From Planctomycetota bacterium (GTDB lineage Bacteria > Planctomycetota > UBA8742 > JACQVU01): a stretch of DNA of 33,095 nucleotides. The number at the start of each line of letters is the position of its first letter. Within the stretch, counting starts at the first letter, position 1. Positions 1 through 12,000 of this stretch are shown piece by piece. The stretch spans positions 1 to 33,095 of the forward strand of contig JACQVU010000012.1 of the NCBI GenBank assembly GCA_016209585.1, written 5' to 3'. The position numbers and the translations under genes were made by a program. The notes under the pieces were generated by a model that saw nothing but the letters and a program-made list of their open reading frames with translations, did not search any database and had not been told where the DNA came from.

Positions 1-3000
1 GCGCGAACGTCACGCTGACGAACAACAGCAGCATCGATCTCACCGGCACTATCACAGTGGCGGGCACGCTCAACGCGTCGAACGCCGGCACGTCCATCGC
101 CTTCCTCGGCAGCGTGCTGCAGACGTCGGGCGCGGGCGTGATCAACGTGGCCGGCGCGCTCACCGCCGGCGCGACGAGCGTGCTGGACCTGTACGACGGC
201 GCGACGGGCGGCACGCTCAAGTTCACGGCGACGTCGGGCACGCCCATGCCCGACACCTTCGGCACGGTGGATTTCCAGGGGTCCACCGTGGAGTACGAAT
301 CGCTCTTCATCTCCGACGTGACGATGCAGACGCGCTACAACGCGGCGGCCTCGACCATTTCGTACAACAATCTGATTATCGATAACGCCGCTGCGGCGAC
401 GATCAAGGCCGTCACCCCTGCCGGCACGCTGCTCAAGGTTGACGGGACCCTCACTGTCGATGACGGCACGTTCACGCCGGCCGGCAACGGCGACTTCAAC
501 AATGTGACGATCGACAGTGGACAAGGCGAGTTGTTCGAGGGCGGCGCGAACACCTATACCGTCAGCGGGAACTGGTCGAACGCGGCTGTCGGCAATTACA
601 GCGCGGGAACCAGCACGGTGGACTTCGACGGAACCGGCACGGTCACGCTTTCCACGTTCAACAACGTCATCATCAGCGCGGGCACGCGCACGATCATCAC
701 CAGCAACACCATCACCGTCAACGGCACGCTGGAGATGAAGGGCGGCGCGACGTGGGCGCTGGCGGGGTTCGATCCGGTGGTCACGGGCCTGGCGACCGCC
801 ACGGGCAACTTCACCATCAGCAGCAGCGTCGCGGGCACGCTGGCGCTCAATGGCGGCTTGACGGTCAGCGGCGGCGACTTGACGCTGTCGGCCGGCGCAG
901 CCACCACGGTGACGGTGAGCAACACGGCCACCACGGTGAACGCCACGCGCGCGCTGACGGTGGGCGCAAACATCACGCTGACGAGCAACACCACCGTCAA
1001 TCTGTCGGGCACGACCACCGTCACCGGGGTTTTGAACGCCGGCGCGACCACGGCCATCGCGTTCACGGGCGGCACGCTGGCCACCTCCGGCGCGGGGACC
1101 ATCAATGTGACGAACGCCTCCGGCGTCTTCACGGAAAGCGGCACAAGCATCATTGACCTGTACGACGGCGCAACCGCCGGCAGCCTGACGTTCAGCGCCA
1201 CTTCGGGCACGCCGATGCCGAACACGTTCGACACGGTGGATTTGGCCGGCTCCACGGTCACGTACAACGCTGTGGTGATCGCCGCCGACACGGTCATTCA
1301 AACGCAGTACGCCGGAGGAAACATCTCGTACTACAACCTCACCCTTCAGAACGGCGGGGCCACCGGCGCACAATATGTTACCACGGGCGCGGGCACCTTG
1401 GTGGTGGCCAACACGCTGACCATCGACAACCGCGCGGGCGTCGGCGTCGGCGAGTTCGCGCCGGCCACCAACGGCGACTTCGCCAACGTTTCGATCCTCG
1501 GCGGCGCGACCTTCTTCGCCGGCTCATATTCGCACACCGTTTCCGGAAACTGGGCCAACAGCGGCACGTTCACGGCGGGAACCAGCACGGTGGAGTTCGA
1601 CGGCGCGGGCGGGGGCACGGCCTCCGTAACGCTGAACGGCACGTCCAGTTTCAACAACGTCCGATTGAACAAGAGCGGCGGCGCGACGCTTACCGTCAGC
1701 GCGGCCATGAACGTGAACGGCACGGCGCAGTTCACGGCCGGGCGCATCAGCCACTCGACGCTGGCGGTCACCATCGTGGGCCTCAGCACGTTCGACGGGT
1801 CGGTCACGATCCAGGCCACCACCGGCGCGATGACGCTTTCGGGCGGTTGGGCCTTCACGAACGGCACGCTGCTGACGGCGAGCACGCCCACGATCGTCGT
1901 CGCGGGGACGGGCAGCGAATCGGGCACGTCCACGCTCGACCTCTACGACGGCACGAGCGGCGGCACGCTGCGATTCACCAGCGCGTCGGGCACGCCCATG
2001 CCGGCGACGTTCGACACGATCGACTTCGGGACGAACTCGACCATCGAGTACGAGTCGACGCCCACCGCGGACGTCACCGTGCAGACGACCTACGCGGGCG
2101 GAACCATCTCGTACTACAATCTGACGATCGACAACGGCGCGGGCGCGGCCTTCAAGATGATCACGCCCGCCTCGCCGCTGCTGAAAGTCGACGGCACGCT
2201 GCTGATCGACGACGGTAACTTCTCGCTCGGCGGAAACGCCGATCTGAACAACGTCACCATCGGCGGAACCGGCGCGAGCGAGAAACTGATCATCGCGGGC
2301 GCGGGCGCCACGGTCACGGTCTCCGGCGCATGGACCAACAGCATCGGCGCGGCGGGGCTGGACGCGGGAACGAGCCTCGTGGAGTTCGACGGCGCCGGCG
2401 CGGTCACGGCCTCGGGCGCGCAGACCTGGTACGACGTGAAGATCAACAAGTCTGGCGGCGGCACGGTCACCTCCACCGGCGTCTGGACCATCAGCCGCCA
2501 CCTCACGCTGCAGGCGGGCACGTGGGACCAGGGCACGGCCAATCAGGCCCACACCGTCGCGGGCGACTGGACGGCCGCGGGCGGGTCGTTCACGGCGGAC
2601 TCAGGCACGATCACGTTCAACGGAACCGGAACGCAAACGCTCACCGCCGCGAGCAACTTCTACAACCTCAGCGTCACCGGCACGTCGAACACGGTGCAGA
2701 CCGCGTCGAACATCACCGCCGGCGGCACTCTCACGGTGAACAACACATTCAATCTCACGGCGAGCAATAGCCTGTCGGTGACGGGGGCGGTCACCATCGG
2801 CGCAAGCGGCACGCTCACGTTCGCGGGCACGAATACGGTCACATTCAGTTCAACCGTGGCGCAGGACGGCGTGCTCACGTTCAGCGGGGCTGCGACGGTC
2901 ACGGTGGGGGGCAACGTTACGTCGACGGGCGGCGTCACGTCGTTCGACGGCGGCGGCAGCATGAGCGTCACCGGCATCTACGACATGGACGCGGGCGCAG

Positions 3001-6000
3001 GCGCGCGGCTGAACGTGAACGCGGCCACGGTGACGCTCAGTTCCTACCTCCGCGGGCGGGTGGCGGGCCAGCAGGTGAACATCACCAGCGGGTCGCTCAC
3101 CTGCGCCTATTTCTCGAACGCGGGGAGTCCGTGGTGGTCGTACTTTGATCTGAACGTCACCGGCGCCGGGATGTTCAAGACCACGGGAACCACCAGCCAG
3201 GGTTCGTACGGGGCGGTGAGCATCACGGGCGCCGGGAGCCTCGTCGCGCAGGGATCGGGCACCTATTACACCCGGTTCTTCGGCACGGTCACGCTGGGCA
3301 ACAGCGGAGCGGTCATCGACGTCAATGGGCAATTGCGCATCGACGCGGGCGGGACGCTCACCGCCGCCGGCTTCGCGCCGAAGATTTACGTGGCGGAAGA
3401 CTTCCTGGCCGGCACGCCCAGCGGGTACGGAACGTTCACGCCGGGGAACTCGGAAGTGATCTTCGACGGCACGCTGGCGGCCGTGGTCTATCCCACCACG
3501 TTCTATGATCTCACCATCAACAAGAGCGCGGCGGTGACGGTCACGCAGAGTTCCACGGGCACGCCCATCGTCGTGCAGAACACGTTCACGGTTCAGGGAA
3601 GCGGAACCTACACGGCGAACAGCAAGGCGCACGATTTCAATGACGTCACGATCACCGCGGGCACATTCAACGCCACTGCCGTCACGCACACCGTCTCGGG
3701 CAACTGGAGCATGACGGGCGGCACGTTCACGAACACGGGAAGCACCATCAAGTTCGACGGCACGGGAACCATCGCCTCCACCGGCGCCTTCGACGGCTTC
3801 GAAGTCGCCGCGGGCGCCGGCACGCACACCGTCAGCGGCGCCGTCACCGTCAGTGGCGTGGGCACGATCACCAGCGGCACGCTGGCGGTCAATTCGAGCG
3901 TCACGCTCACGCTCAACGGAGCGATGACCGTCAACGGCGGGGCGCTCACGTCGGCGGGAACGCTGGCCGTGAACGGCGGTTGGACGGACAACGCCGGCAC
4001 GGTGAACTGCACCGGGGGCGACGCCGTTCTGGGCGGCTCGTCGGGAACCGCGTTCACGTCGAAGATTGGAAGCGTTTTCTACGACCTCACGCTCAATAAG
4101 AACGCGCTCGCCACCACCGTCACCTACTCCGGCGACGTGGCGGTGTCGCGCAACCTCACGCTCACGCGCGGCACGTTCGACATGCAGAACGCCTCGACCA
4201 TCGGCGTCAGCGACGCCACGACGCTCAACGTCGCCGCCACCAACGGCAAGTTGCGGGCGATGGGCACGTCGGCGGCGAACCGCATCACCATCGAGGGCGA
4301 CACGGCGACGCCGGCCGACGGCTTCACGTTCGACGTGTACGGCGTGCTGGAGGCGCGCAACTTCCGCGTGATCAACCCCGACGCCAACGGCCTGCGCGTC
4401 CACCCCGGCGCCACGGTCATCGAACTGAACTACGCCACCTTCGACTATCCCACGAGCGGCGGCTGTCTCCTCAACATCACGGGCGTCGCCGCCGGGTTCC
4501 CGACGACCAATCAAGGCTCCTCCTTCTCCGACAACGGCCTGCCCACCGGAACCATTTCCAACGTGAAGGCCGACGCCACCACCGTCAGCGTGGAGTTCAC
4601 CGACTTCTCGGGCAGCCTGGCGCACAACGTGGTGGTGGCTGAGAACCGCGACGACGACCCGATGGACCGCATCCGGTGGCGCGACGCCAGTTTCCCCACC
4701 ATCAGTTCTCTCGCCGACAACATCCCGGTGCGGCAGAACTCGCCGCAGATCGTCGATCTCTCGGCGTTCGAGTTCGACGTGGAAGACGGCGGCGGGCAGC
4801 GATTCATCGCCGTGGGCGATGACACCGGGCGGGTCTTCGTGGTGGAGGTCCTGGGCGGCGGCTCGTTCGGCGCGGCCGTGCAACTGACCGACACGTCTTC
4901 CTACGTGCGCGGCGTGGGCGTGGCCGACTTCGACAACGACGGCGACTTCGACGTGGTCTTCGCCGCCGGCAACGGCAACGCCTATCGCATCAAGCGCAAG
5001 TCGATCTCCTCGCCACTGGTGGCGGGAGACTTCGGCTCGCCAGCCATCATCGGCGCGTTCACGGCCGCCACTTACGGCATGGATATCGGCGTGGAGGATT
5101 TCAACAACGACGGCTTCATGGACTTCGTCGTCTCCGCCAACAACGCCTACTACACGCTCTTCAAGAACAACGGCAACGGAACCTTCCAGACCACGCTGCT
5201 CACCTCCACCGGCCCCGCCAACGGACGGGCGAAGACGGCGGCTGATTTCGACCGCGACGGCGCGGCGGACTTCGTCTCCCTCGACTCCGGAACCACGAAC
5301 GTCTACTTCTGGAAGGGGTTCGGCGACGGCGGCTTCGCCAGGTCCACCCAGAGTGCGGCGGTGACGGCCACCAACGGCTACGGCGTCGCCGCGGGGGATT
5401 ACGACGGCGACTTCCTGCCCGACCTGATGGTCGAGAACAGCGGCACCGGCCTCTTCTCGTTCCTCAAGGGGCTGGGCAACGGCCGCTTCGCGGCGCCAGC
5501 CAGCGCGGGGCAGACCGCCCCCGCCACCGGGGCCATCGGCTTCGACGCTTACGACGTGAACTCCGACGGCAAGATGGACGTGGTGGTGAGCATGGGCGCC
5601 GGTTACGACCTGCTCTACTACCCAGGCAACGGTAACGGCACGCTGGGCGCCGCGGTGACCATCCAGTTGAACTTCACCACCAGCGCCTCCTACACGCTGG
5701 CTGCGCCGACGCATGGCAACACGCGCCTCAACTGGAGCGTCGACACCGACACCGTCAACCCCGCGCTCATGTCGATCTCCGTCTCCAACAGCGCGGCGGA
5801 TCAGATCACCATCACGCCCGTCGCAAGCGCCACGGGCAGCGACGACGTGACGTTCATCCTGTCCGACTCCACCGGCTTCGTCTCGCTCAAGACCGACGTC
5901 ACCGTCAACGTCAACGCGGCCTCGGCCGCCGCGCCGGTCATCTCCTCACGGCTCGACAACATCAGCGTCAGTTACAACCAGCCTCTCAACGTGGATCTGT

Positions 6001-9000
6001 CGCAGTTCGGATCCGACCCGGACCAGGTGTGGGGGCGCGACTACTTCGTGACGGACAATGATTCGTCGAACGTCTACCTCGTGCAGATCAACGGCGACGG
6101 CACGTACGGCGCGCCCGTGAACTTCGGCGATCAGGGCAACTACATTCGTGGCTCCGCCGTGGCTGATTTCGACAACGACGGCGATCTCGACTTCATCATC
6201 GCCCGCAACGCCGACGTACAACTCTATCGCCGCGTCTCCGGCGGCGCATCGATCGAAACCACCGACTTCCTCGGCCCGACGCTGCTGGGGCCGTTTACCT
6301 CCAGCACGTGGGGCATGGACCTGGCCTGTGAAGACTTCAATGGCGATGGCTCCATGGACATCGTCTTCTCCGGAAACAACGGCTACTACTACTGCTTCCT
6401 CAACGACGGCAACGGGCGGTTCGCCGCGCTCACTCTCACCACCGCCGGCCCCAGCGCGGGGCGCGGCAAGGCCGCGGGCGACTTCAACGGCGACGGGTTC
6501 CTCGACTTCATCAGCGCCGACAGCGGCACGACGACGCTTCACGTCTGGCAGGGCGACGGCGCGGGGAATTTCGCCCGCACCGACCTGGCCACGGTGCTTC
6601 CCACGGCCGACGCTTACGGTCTTACCGCGGGAGATTTTGACGGCGACGGCAAGGACGACGCGGTGGCGAACGACACCTCGGGCAACCTTTACTTCCTGAA
6701 GGGCACGGGCAACGGAACGTTCGAGGCGCGCGTGCTGATCGAACCTTCGCCCACCACCGCCACGGCCGGCGGCGTGGCGCTCGATCGCGGCGACTTCAAC
6801 GGCGATGGCAACCTTGACCTCGTCGTCTGCGACGACCCGGACGACGATTTGCTGGTTCTCTCCGGTAACGGCGACGGCACCTTCGCCGCGGCCGTCACCG
6901 TGGCGGCAAACTTCACGACCGGAACGGAACGCATGGTGGCCGCGCCCACGCACGGCTCGCGCGTGCTTGCGTGGAGCGTCGATCCCGCGTCCGTCAACAC
7001 CGCGCTTCTCTCAGCGACCATCAGCGACGTGAACGCGGGCATTCTGTCGATCACGCCGGTGACGGGGCAGTCGGGAACCGACGAAATCACGCTCATACTC
7101 TCCGACAACAACATGGGCACGGTATCGAAGACGGACGTGACCGTCACCGTGTCGCCCTTCGTGGGCAATCCGCCCGTCGTTGAAGCCACGGCGGACAACT
7201 TCACCACCACCGACGACACCGTGCTCAAGGTAGACCTCTCCCGCTTCGGGTGGGATCCCGACGACGCCAACGGGCGCAGTTTCGTCGTGGTCGGCGACGA
7301 CAGCACCCGCCTCTACGCCATGGCCTATAACGGCGACGGGTCGTTCGGTTCGCCGGTCTCTCTCGGCGACGTGGGCAACACCATCCGCGGCGCGGGCATC
7401 GCCGACTTCGACAACGACGGCGACCTCGACGTTGTTTTCGGCGACGGGTCAGGCAACGCCTGGTTCATTCAGCGCGTGGCGCACTCCAGCCCGCTGCAGG
7501 CGGCCGACTTCACCACCAAGGTGCTGGCGGGAACGTTCTCCGCCTCGTCGTACGGCATGGACATCTGCGTGGAGGACTTCAACAACGACGGCAAGTCGGA
7601 CTTCATCGTCGGCGGCAACAACGGCGTCTACACCATGTTCCGCGGCAACGGCAACGGCACGTTCACCACGTCGGTCATCGACCCAGCCAACCCCGCCAAT
7701 GGCCGCGCGAAAGACGCAGCGGATTTCGACGAAGACGGCTTCATGGATTTCGTCTCGCTTTACAGCGGGGCTGGCAACCTCTACCTGTGGCGGGGCAACG
7801 GGGCGTACGCTTTCTCCCGCACCAACTATGCCGCCGCCGCGCCCACGGCCGATGGCTACGGCATCGCGGCGGGCGACTTCAACCACGACGGCCACCAGGA
7901 CGTGGTGGTCCAGAACAACGTCACCGGCCTCTTCTATTTCCTGGCCGGCAAAGGCGACGGGACGTTCTACGCCGGCGTCTCCACCGGCCAGTCCGTTCCG
8001 GCCGGCGCGGTGAACTTCGACGCCGTGGACATGACCGGCGACGGCAAACTCGACCTGCTGGTGGTCGCCAACGCCGTCGACACCTCCTTTCGCGTCTTCC
8101 CCGGCAACGGCGATGGAACGTTCAGCGCGGCGACTCTCATCCCCGCGACCTTCAGCAGCACGAACCTTGTGGCCGCCTGCCCGGACTACGGCAGCACGAC
8201 GCTCACGTGGAGCGTCGACGCGCCCAGCGTCAACACGGCGCTCTTCTCCGCCTCGGTCACGGACGCTACAGCCGACACGCTCACTATCACGCCCGTGGCC
8301 TCCGCGTTCGGCCAGGACGACATCACGCTCGTGCTCACCGACTCCAACTCCGGCGTGACGCAGAAGGTGGACGTGACGGTGCAGATTCTCAGCGCGGCGG
8401 CGGCGGGGGATCCGGTCATCCAGAACTCGCTCGACGCCATCCGTGTCCGGGAAGACACCGTGCGCCAGGTGGACCTCTCGGGCTACGGCTACGACCCCGA
8501 CTCGGCCAACGGCAAGCCCTTCATCTGTTACGCCGACGAGAACGGCATCTTCTGGGTCTGCGAGTCCACCGGCGCCGGAACGTGGGGCACGCCCATCAGC
8601 CTCGGCGACCTGGGCGGCAGCCTGAACGGGTATGGGGTGGCGGACTTCGACAACGACGGAGACTTGGACATCGTGTACGCGCGAAACAACGACACCTGCT
8701 ACATCCTGCGGCGGATCGCCGTTTCGGTTCCCATGGTCGCCGGCGACTTCGCGCCCACGGTGAACATCGGGGCGTTCAACGACGGCGGCTCCCCCGGCCA
8801 CGGCATGGATGTCGCCACGGAGGATTTCAACCACGACGGCAACATGGATTTCGTGGTCAGCGGCAACAACGGCGACTATCGCCTCTTCAAGGGCACGGGT
8901 CTGGGCACCTTCACCATGTCCACGCTCGACGCGGCGGTGCCCGGCAGCGGGCGAGGGAAAGACGCGGCGGACTTCGACAACGACGGCAACCCCGACTTCG

Positions 9001-12000
9001 TCGCCCTGGAAAACACCAACGCGTACATCCACCTCTGGAAGGGCGACGGCCAGGGCAATTTCCAACGCCTGGAAATCGTCGGCGGGGTTCCCGTGGCGAA
9101 CTCGTACGGATGCGCTGCGGCTGACTTCGACTCGGACGGCGACGCGGATCTCATCGTGAACAACACGACCGGCGGCGTGTACTACGTCCCCGGCAACGGC
9201 AACCTCTCGTTCGGCTCGCCCGTCCTCCTCTTCACCATCACGGGCGAAACCAACAACATCGGCATGGACGCCCACGACTGGGACAACGACGGCCTGCCCG
9301 ACCTGCTCGTCAGCGCCGACGTGGCCAACGACGTCATCTACTATCGCAACACCACCAGCGGCGGCACGGTGTCGTTCGCGGCCGGCGTCAACGTTCACGC
9401 CGACTTCACGGCCACCACCAACCGCGGCGTCGCCTGCCCGAACTTCGGCTCCAAGAAACTCCGTTGGTCCATCGACGCCGCCAGTGTGGACACCAACGTC
9501 TTCACGGCGGAGATCACCAGCACCGTCACCCAGCGCCTCACCATCACCCCCGTGGCGGGCGCTTCGGGAACCGACGACATCACGCTCGTGCTGAACGACG
9601 CCAACGGTGGCCAGACGCAGAAGACGAACGTCACCGTCACCGTTTCCGCCGTGGCTGACGGCAATCCCCTCATCGAGGGGCTGTTCGACAATCTCACGTT
9701 CCGGCAGAACCAGATCGGTTTCATCGACGCTTCGGCCTTCGGCTTCGACGCCGACGCGGCGAACGGGAAGCCCTACTTCGTGGTGAACGACGACGACACG
9801 AACTTCTACGTGGTGCAGATCAACGGCGACGGCACGTTCGGCACGCCGGTGAATCTCGGCAACTGGGGCGGGTCGGACAACGTTCACGGCGTGGCCATCG
9901 CCGACTTCGACAACGACGGCGACCTCGACATCCTCTTCGGCGACGACGACGGCAAGGTGATGATCGTCCGCCGCATCGCCAATTCCATTCCCCTCGTGGC
10001 GTCGGACTTCAGCGCCAAGGCCGTGGCCGGCACGTTCACTTCCGCCAGTTGGGGCATGGACATGGCCTGCGGCGACTTCAACAACGACGGCAACCAGGAC
10101 GCCGTCATCTCCGGCAACAACGGTGTGTATGCCCTCTTCATTGGGCGCGGCGACGGCTTCTTCGACACCACGGAAATCACCGCGTCCGGCCCCGCGAACG
10201 GTCGTGGGAAAGACGCCGCCGACTTCAACGGCGACGGCAAGATCGACTTCGCCTCCATCTGTTCCGGCACGCGCCACCTCACGCTCTGGTTCGGCGACGG
10301 CGCCGGCGGCTTCACCGAAACCACCTACAACAACTTCATCCCCGTGGCTGACTCCTACGCCCTGGCCGCCGGGGATTTCGACGGCGACGGCCGGGCCGAT
10401 CTGGTCATTTCCAACGACACCACCGGCGCCTTCTCGTTCTATAAGGGCGCCGGCGCCGGCACGTTCGCGTCGGGCGTCGCCACCGGTATCACGCACACGG
10501 GCGACTCCGGCGTCGACGCCGTCGATTTCAATGGCGACGGCAAACTCGACCTCATCATCAGCCAGGATTCCAACAACACCGCCGTCTTCCTCTACACCGG
10601 CGTCGGTAACGGCACGTTCAACAACGCGGGCAGCATCGCCGTCACCTTCACGAACAACAACCGCAACGTCGCCACGCCCGACTACGGCTCCAAGGCGCTC
10701 ACGTGGAGCGTCGACCCCGCCACCGTGAACACGGCGCTCTTCAACATCACCACGGAAAACGGTCCGGCCGCCCTCTTCAGCGTCACTCCCGTGGCGGGGC
10801 AGTCGGGCAGCGACGATGTGACGTTCGTCCTCACCGACAACAACGGCGGCACGGTCCAGAAGACCGACGTGACCATCACCTATACCGCCGTCGCATACGC
10901 CAACCCCCTCATCTCGGCCAAACTCGACAACTTCACCACCCCCGAAGACACCGGCTTCACCTTCGACCTCTCACGCTTCGGTTCCGACCCGGACGGCGGA
11001 AACGGGAAGCACTACGTGGTGGCCACGGACGACACGGGCAACGTCCGCACCATTCCACTCAACCTCGACGGCACATACGGTGCGGCGATCGTTCTGGGCG
11101 ATCTCGGCGATCTCATTGAGGGCATCGGCATCGCCGATTTCGACAACGACGGTACTCTCGATTACGTTTTTGCCGACGGCGTCGCAACGTACGGTGAGCA
11201 GGTGGAAGGCGGGGGCCAGATTTCGGAACTCTTCTTCGCCAAACGCGTCGGGACGTCGAACACCATGTCGTCGGACTGGGCCATTCCCGTTCCCGTGGGC
11301 GAGTTCACGGCATCCGGGCCGAGCTCGTACGACATCTTTTTGGGTTGGACCACCCCCACCAACTACGGCATGGACATCTGCGTCGAAGACTTCAACAACG
11401 ACGGCAAGATGGACCTCATCGTCGGCGGCGACTGGACGGTGATCGATCTCTTCATCGGCAACGGTGACGGCACCTTCGAAAAAACCACCGTTACTTCTTC
11501 TCTGACCGGCAACACCCGCGCCAAGGACGCCGCAGATTTCGACCGCGACGGCAACATGGACTTCGCCATGACGCTCAGCAATGACAACGAGATCTACGTC
11601 CATATGGGCGACGGCGCCGGTGGGTTCACGACGAGCACCTTGACGAACTACGCTTACAACAGCGGCTCGTACGCCTTGGCGGCGGGTGACTTCGACGGCG
11701 ACCACCTGCCCGACCTGGTCACCGGCAACTCCGGTAACGGTCGTTATTACTTCATCAAGGGCAACGGCGACGGCACGTTCCAGACGGGCGTCGAGTGCGG
11801 TACGCAGGATGCCGCTTTCACCAAGATCGCTGGCAACGCCACGCTTGACGCTATCGACGTCAACAACGACGGGCTGCTGGACTTGATCATCCACTACGAC
11901 AGCGGGCACACGGTGCGCGTCTACACTGGAAACGGCAACGGAACGTTCGCCTTCACCAACGGCGCGCCCATTCTCACCACTATGTCGGGCACCGACCTCG

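Noticed and set aside
2850-5714. Very long antisense or alternative-frame ORFs: 2850-5714(-) 954 aa, 7449-10496(-) 1015 aa, 13104-16136(-) 1010 aa, 16296-19370(-) 1024 aa, 23149-25218(+) 689 aa, 20493-22445(+) 650 aa, and many shorter ones.
   Set aside because: All lie opposite to or out of frame with ORFs that carry clear family motifs. Their translations are Arg/Gly/Ala/Pro/Val-rich with no motifs. Long stop-free alternative frames are expected in DNA this GC-rich.
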